Assembly: GCA_964016885.1 (NCBI GenBank)
Contig: OZ024748.1
Span: 992,001 to 1,056,000 of the forward strand
DNA length: 64,000 bases
From: Eledone cirrhosa
Lineage: Eukaryota
Direction of reading: 5' to 3'
Below, piece after piece: positions 60,694 to 64,000 of this stretch. The position numbers and the translations under genes are program-made. The notes beneath the pieces are model-generated. The model made no database searches. It was not told the DNA's origin and saw only the letters and a list, made by a program, of their open reading frames with translations. The number at the start of each line of letters is the position of its first letter. The first letter of the stretch is position 1.

Positions 60694-61104
60694 TCACCAC
60701 CATCACCACTGTCACCACCACCACCACCACCATCACCACTGTCACCACCACCACCACCACCATCACCACTGTCATCACCACCACCACCACTGCGACCACC
60801 AGCACCACCGTCAGCACCACCATCACCACCACCATCACCACCATCACCACCACCACTACCACCGTCACTACCATTACCACCACCACCGTCAGCACCACCA
60901 CCATCACCACCACCACCACTATCACCATCACCACCACCACCACTATCACCACCATCACCACCACCACTATCACCATCACCACCACCACCACCACCGTCAG
61001 CACCACCACTATCACCATCACCACCACCATAATCATCACCACCGTCACCACCACCACCACCGTCACCACCACCAACACTACCACCGTCACCACCACCACT
61101 ACCA
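60694..61104. repeat. (CAC/CAT)n trinucleotide repeat
   Basis: Directly visible. Confidence 0.95.
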
Positions 61105-62357
61105 CGTGTGTAATGTATAGTAGATATGTCTAATGTGTTATATATATAAAAGGTTTTATATACCCATGTGTAAAGTGTAATGTAGACGTGTGTAATGGGT
61201 TATATAAATGTGTAATTTGTTATATACACGTGTGTAAAGTGTTATATACATGTGTATAATGTATAATACACCTGTGTAATGTATTTTATATATATATATA
61301 TATATATGAATGTGTGTGTAAAGTGTTATATATATGTGCGTATATAATTATGTATAAAACCCAGTGTGTAAAGTGTTATATAAAGTGTAAAGTAATGTGT
61401 GTAAAATCCTGTGTTACACACACGTGTGTAATGTGTTATATAAATGTGTAAATTATTGTGTAAAACCCAGTGTTAAGTAGGAATATTTCCTCTTCATTAA
61501 TTATTTCTTACTAATTATCCCTCACTAATTATTCCACATTAATTATTCCTCATTATTCCACATTAATTATTCCTCATTATTTCACATTAATTATTCATCA
61601 CTAATTAACCTTCACTAATTATCCCTCATTACTTATTTAACAAACCAATTGTATTATTTATGTGTAAATATCTTCAATAAATAAAATATTATAATTCAAA
61701 TGTATTTGTTATTTATGATTAATTAATAGATTGACAGTAATCGGTAGAGCGTCGGACACCATGTTTTGGGGCATAGAGTTACGGCCCTTTATGTTCTGAG
61801 TCCAAATCCCGCCGAGGTTTGCTTTGCCTTTCATCTCTACGGGGCGTCGATAGAGCAACGGACACATGATTTGTGTTATTCTTGAGTTCAAATCCCGTTA
61901 AGGTCAATTTTAAAATAAAGAGAGGAGTCGATCTACTTTCGTCAAATCGGACCGAGGAAACAAGGTTTTCATTGGTCTTTCCAATTGCTAATACTATCTA
62001 TCGGTCGCAACTCCAGGTAGAAAGAGCAACGTGAAATAAAGTGTCTTGCTCAAGGACATAACGCATTACCCCGTTCCGGGATCGAACTCATGATTGTGAA
62101 TCCAATTCTCTTATCACTCAGCCACACACCTTCACATAAATAACGTACCAGTTAAATACTAGGGTCAATATAATCGATTGTGTCATTCCCGCAAATTGCC
62201 GGCCTTGTGCTAATGTTAGAAAGAATTAACTCACAGAATAGGACAGTGGGAAAAGAATAGGAATTGGTAGAGCATCCTGGACATAATAACTTCCAGAGAA
62301 GTAGAGGAAGTGAAAGAGATGTATAAGTTTCACAACTTCACTTTTTCCCTACATTAA

Positions 62358-62826
62358 CCCTTTAGTATTTCCATTACTCTCTATATACTATTGTATTTTC
62401 ACAGTAACGGCTTTACCTTACTTAATTATCTCACATAATATCTCACATAATTATCTCACATAATATCGAATCAATGAGATTTTGATATTATTTATTTTGA
62501 GGACAATACTTTAACATAAGTATGAGTAGCTGGTTATGGCTGATTTGAACAGAAAGAGGTGAAAGAATTCCGGGCGGATTTGGTCGGGTTAACCCATTAG
62601 CATTTACATTACTCTATATATACTATTGTATTTTCACGGTAAAGGCTTTACCTCATATAATTACCTCACATAATTATCTCACATAATATCGAATCTATTA
62701 GATTTATATATTATTTATTTTAAGAACAATACCTTAACATGAGTATGAGTAGCAAGTTACAGCCGGTTTGAATAGAAAGAACTGAGATAATTCTGGCCGG
62801 ATATGACTGGTTTAAATGCTAAATGG
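62358..62826. mobile_element. Two tandem TTAA-MITE copies sharing a central TTAA
   Basis: TTAA|CCC(62358)...GGG|TTAA|CCC(62593)...TGG|TTAA. Confidence 0.6.
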
Positions 62827-63114
62827 TTAAAAGATATGCCGGGCTCCAAATTGAAGCTAAAAGGAAAGCAATGTCATTTTACTTTATCTTGAACAATTAC
62901 TGAGACATTGCTGTCATTGTTTAACAAAACAATTAGAGGCAGTGGTGTTTGGTCAGAGTTTTCTCCCTTGGATTTATATTTGTCAACACATTCTTTTCTG
63001 TTTAATTTTTAAAATCATAATTTCATTTCTCGCTCTAGCATAACAGATACATAAATGGAACCCATACGTACATATGTGTGTGTATATATATATATATATA
63101 TACACATACATATA

Positions 63115-63598
63115 AAGTGTTAAAACGATCAAATTTTAGTTTAGAAAATTTATTTGCTGATAATTGTTTCTTCCAGAGGGAAGTTTGGATTCATTGGAGC
63201 ATAGGGAATGTCGAAACATGTGACTAAATCCTAGTCATTCAGAACATTTAGGGTACATAATTGTTGTTAGTGTCATAGACATCATTGTCTATCCTATCCC
63301 ACACCTTTCCTTGCTTATAACTTTTTTGCCTGTACTTTTTGCTTATACCTCTTACACTTTCAACCAGTGCTGCCTGTAATTGTGTTCTCTCAAGCATAAC
63401 GTCTTTTTAACTCCTGACTCTCCACATGATGTCTATGACATTAACAACAATTATGCACCCTAGATGTTCTGAATGACTAGGATTTTAGTCACATGCTTCG
63501 ACATTCCCTATGCTCCGATGATTCCAGACTTCCCCCTGGAAGAAACAATTGTCAGCAAATAAATGTTCTAAACTAAAATTTGATCGTTTTAAACACTT
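63115..63598. mobile_element. Inverted pseudo-LTR-like pair (63115-63287 / 63426-63598), Penelope-type remnant
   Basis: ~170-bp diverged inverted repeat; each arm holds a hammerhead motif. Confidence 0.7.
63511..63557 (+). ncRNA. Hammerhead motif (U4C core, perfect stems)
   Basis: TGCT-CCGATGA-TTCCAG-ACTTCCCC-CTGGAA-GAAA-CAATTG-TC-AGCA; decayed mirror copy at 63155-63201 (-). Confidence 0.72.
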
Positions 63599-63733
63599 GA
63601 AAATTTGCATTGAGCCTTTTGTCATATCGGTAACCGGCTAGTACTTAGTGCTACCCTCCATATTTATAGTTGTATTAAACATATATAAATATAAATATTC
63701 TTCTTATATACATATATACATATATATGTATGT

Positions 63734-63885
<152 letters not shown>

Positions 63886-64000
63886 ACCTCTGATCAAATC
63901 CTCAGAATACGAAAGAATTCACACATAGCTTGGTATATATATGTATGAATTCTTTCGTATTCTGAGGATTTGATCAGAGGTAAACACACTGTATTGGAGA

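Overview
AT-rich, microsatellite-dense animal genomic DNA. The repeat landscape suggests a coleoid cephalopod, probably an octopus (inference). One host gene can be rebuilt by hand on the + strand: a secreted GH18 chitinase with 10 coding exons (28007-57837), all GT-AG and phase-compatible, 2139 nt / 712 aa. It has a signal peptide, an intact FDGLDLDWEYP catalytic motif, a 240-aa Ser/Thr-rich linker exon and a C-terminal CBM14 chitin-binding domain. The rest is decayed mobile DNA: RTE- and CR1-type LINEs, an RLE-type (R4/Dong-like) non-LTR element embedded in (TACA)n arrays, a Penelope-like element with inverted pseudo-LTRs, tRNA-derived SINEs, MITEs, a Helitron-like end and many tandem repeats. 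The most striking hidden signal is about 20 minimal type I hammerhead-ribozyme (HHR) motifs from several unrelated families, read by eye on both strands. Many have palindromic stem III and non-canonical U4C/U4A cores, seven lie on the sense strand of chitinase introns, and several further elements are fold-back palindromes keeping only the 3' half of the ribozyme. Most ORF-track entries are microsatellite translation artefacts. TE boundaries are approximate, and no database search or folding program was run.
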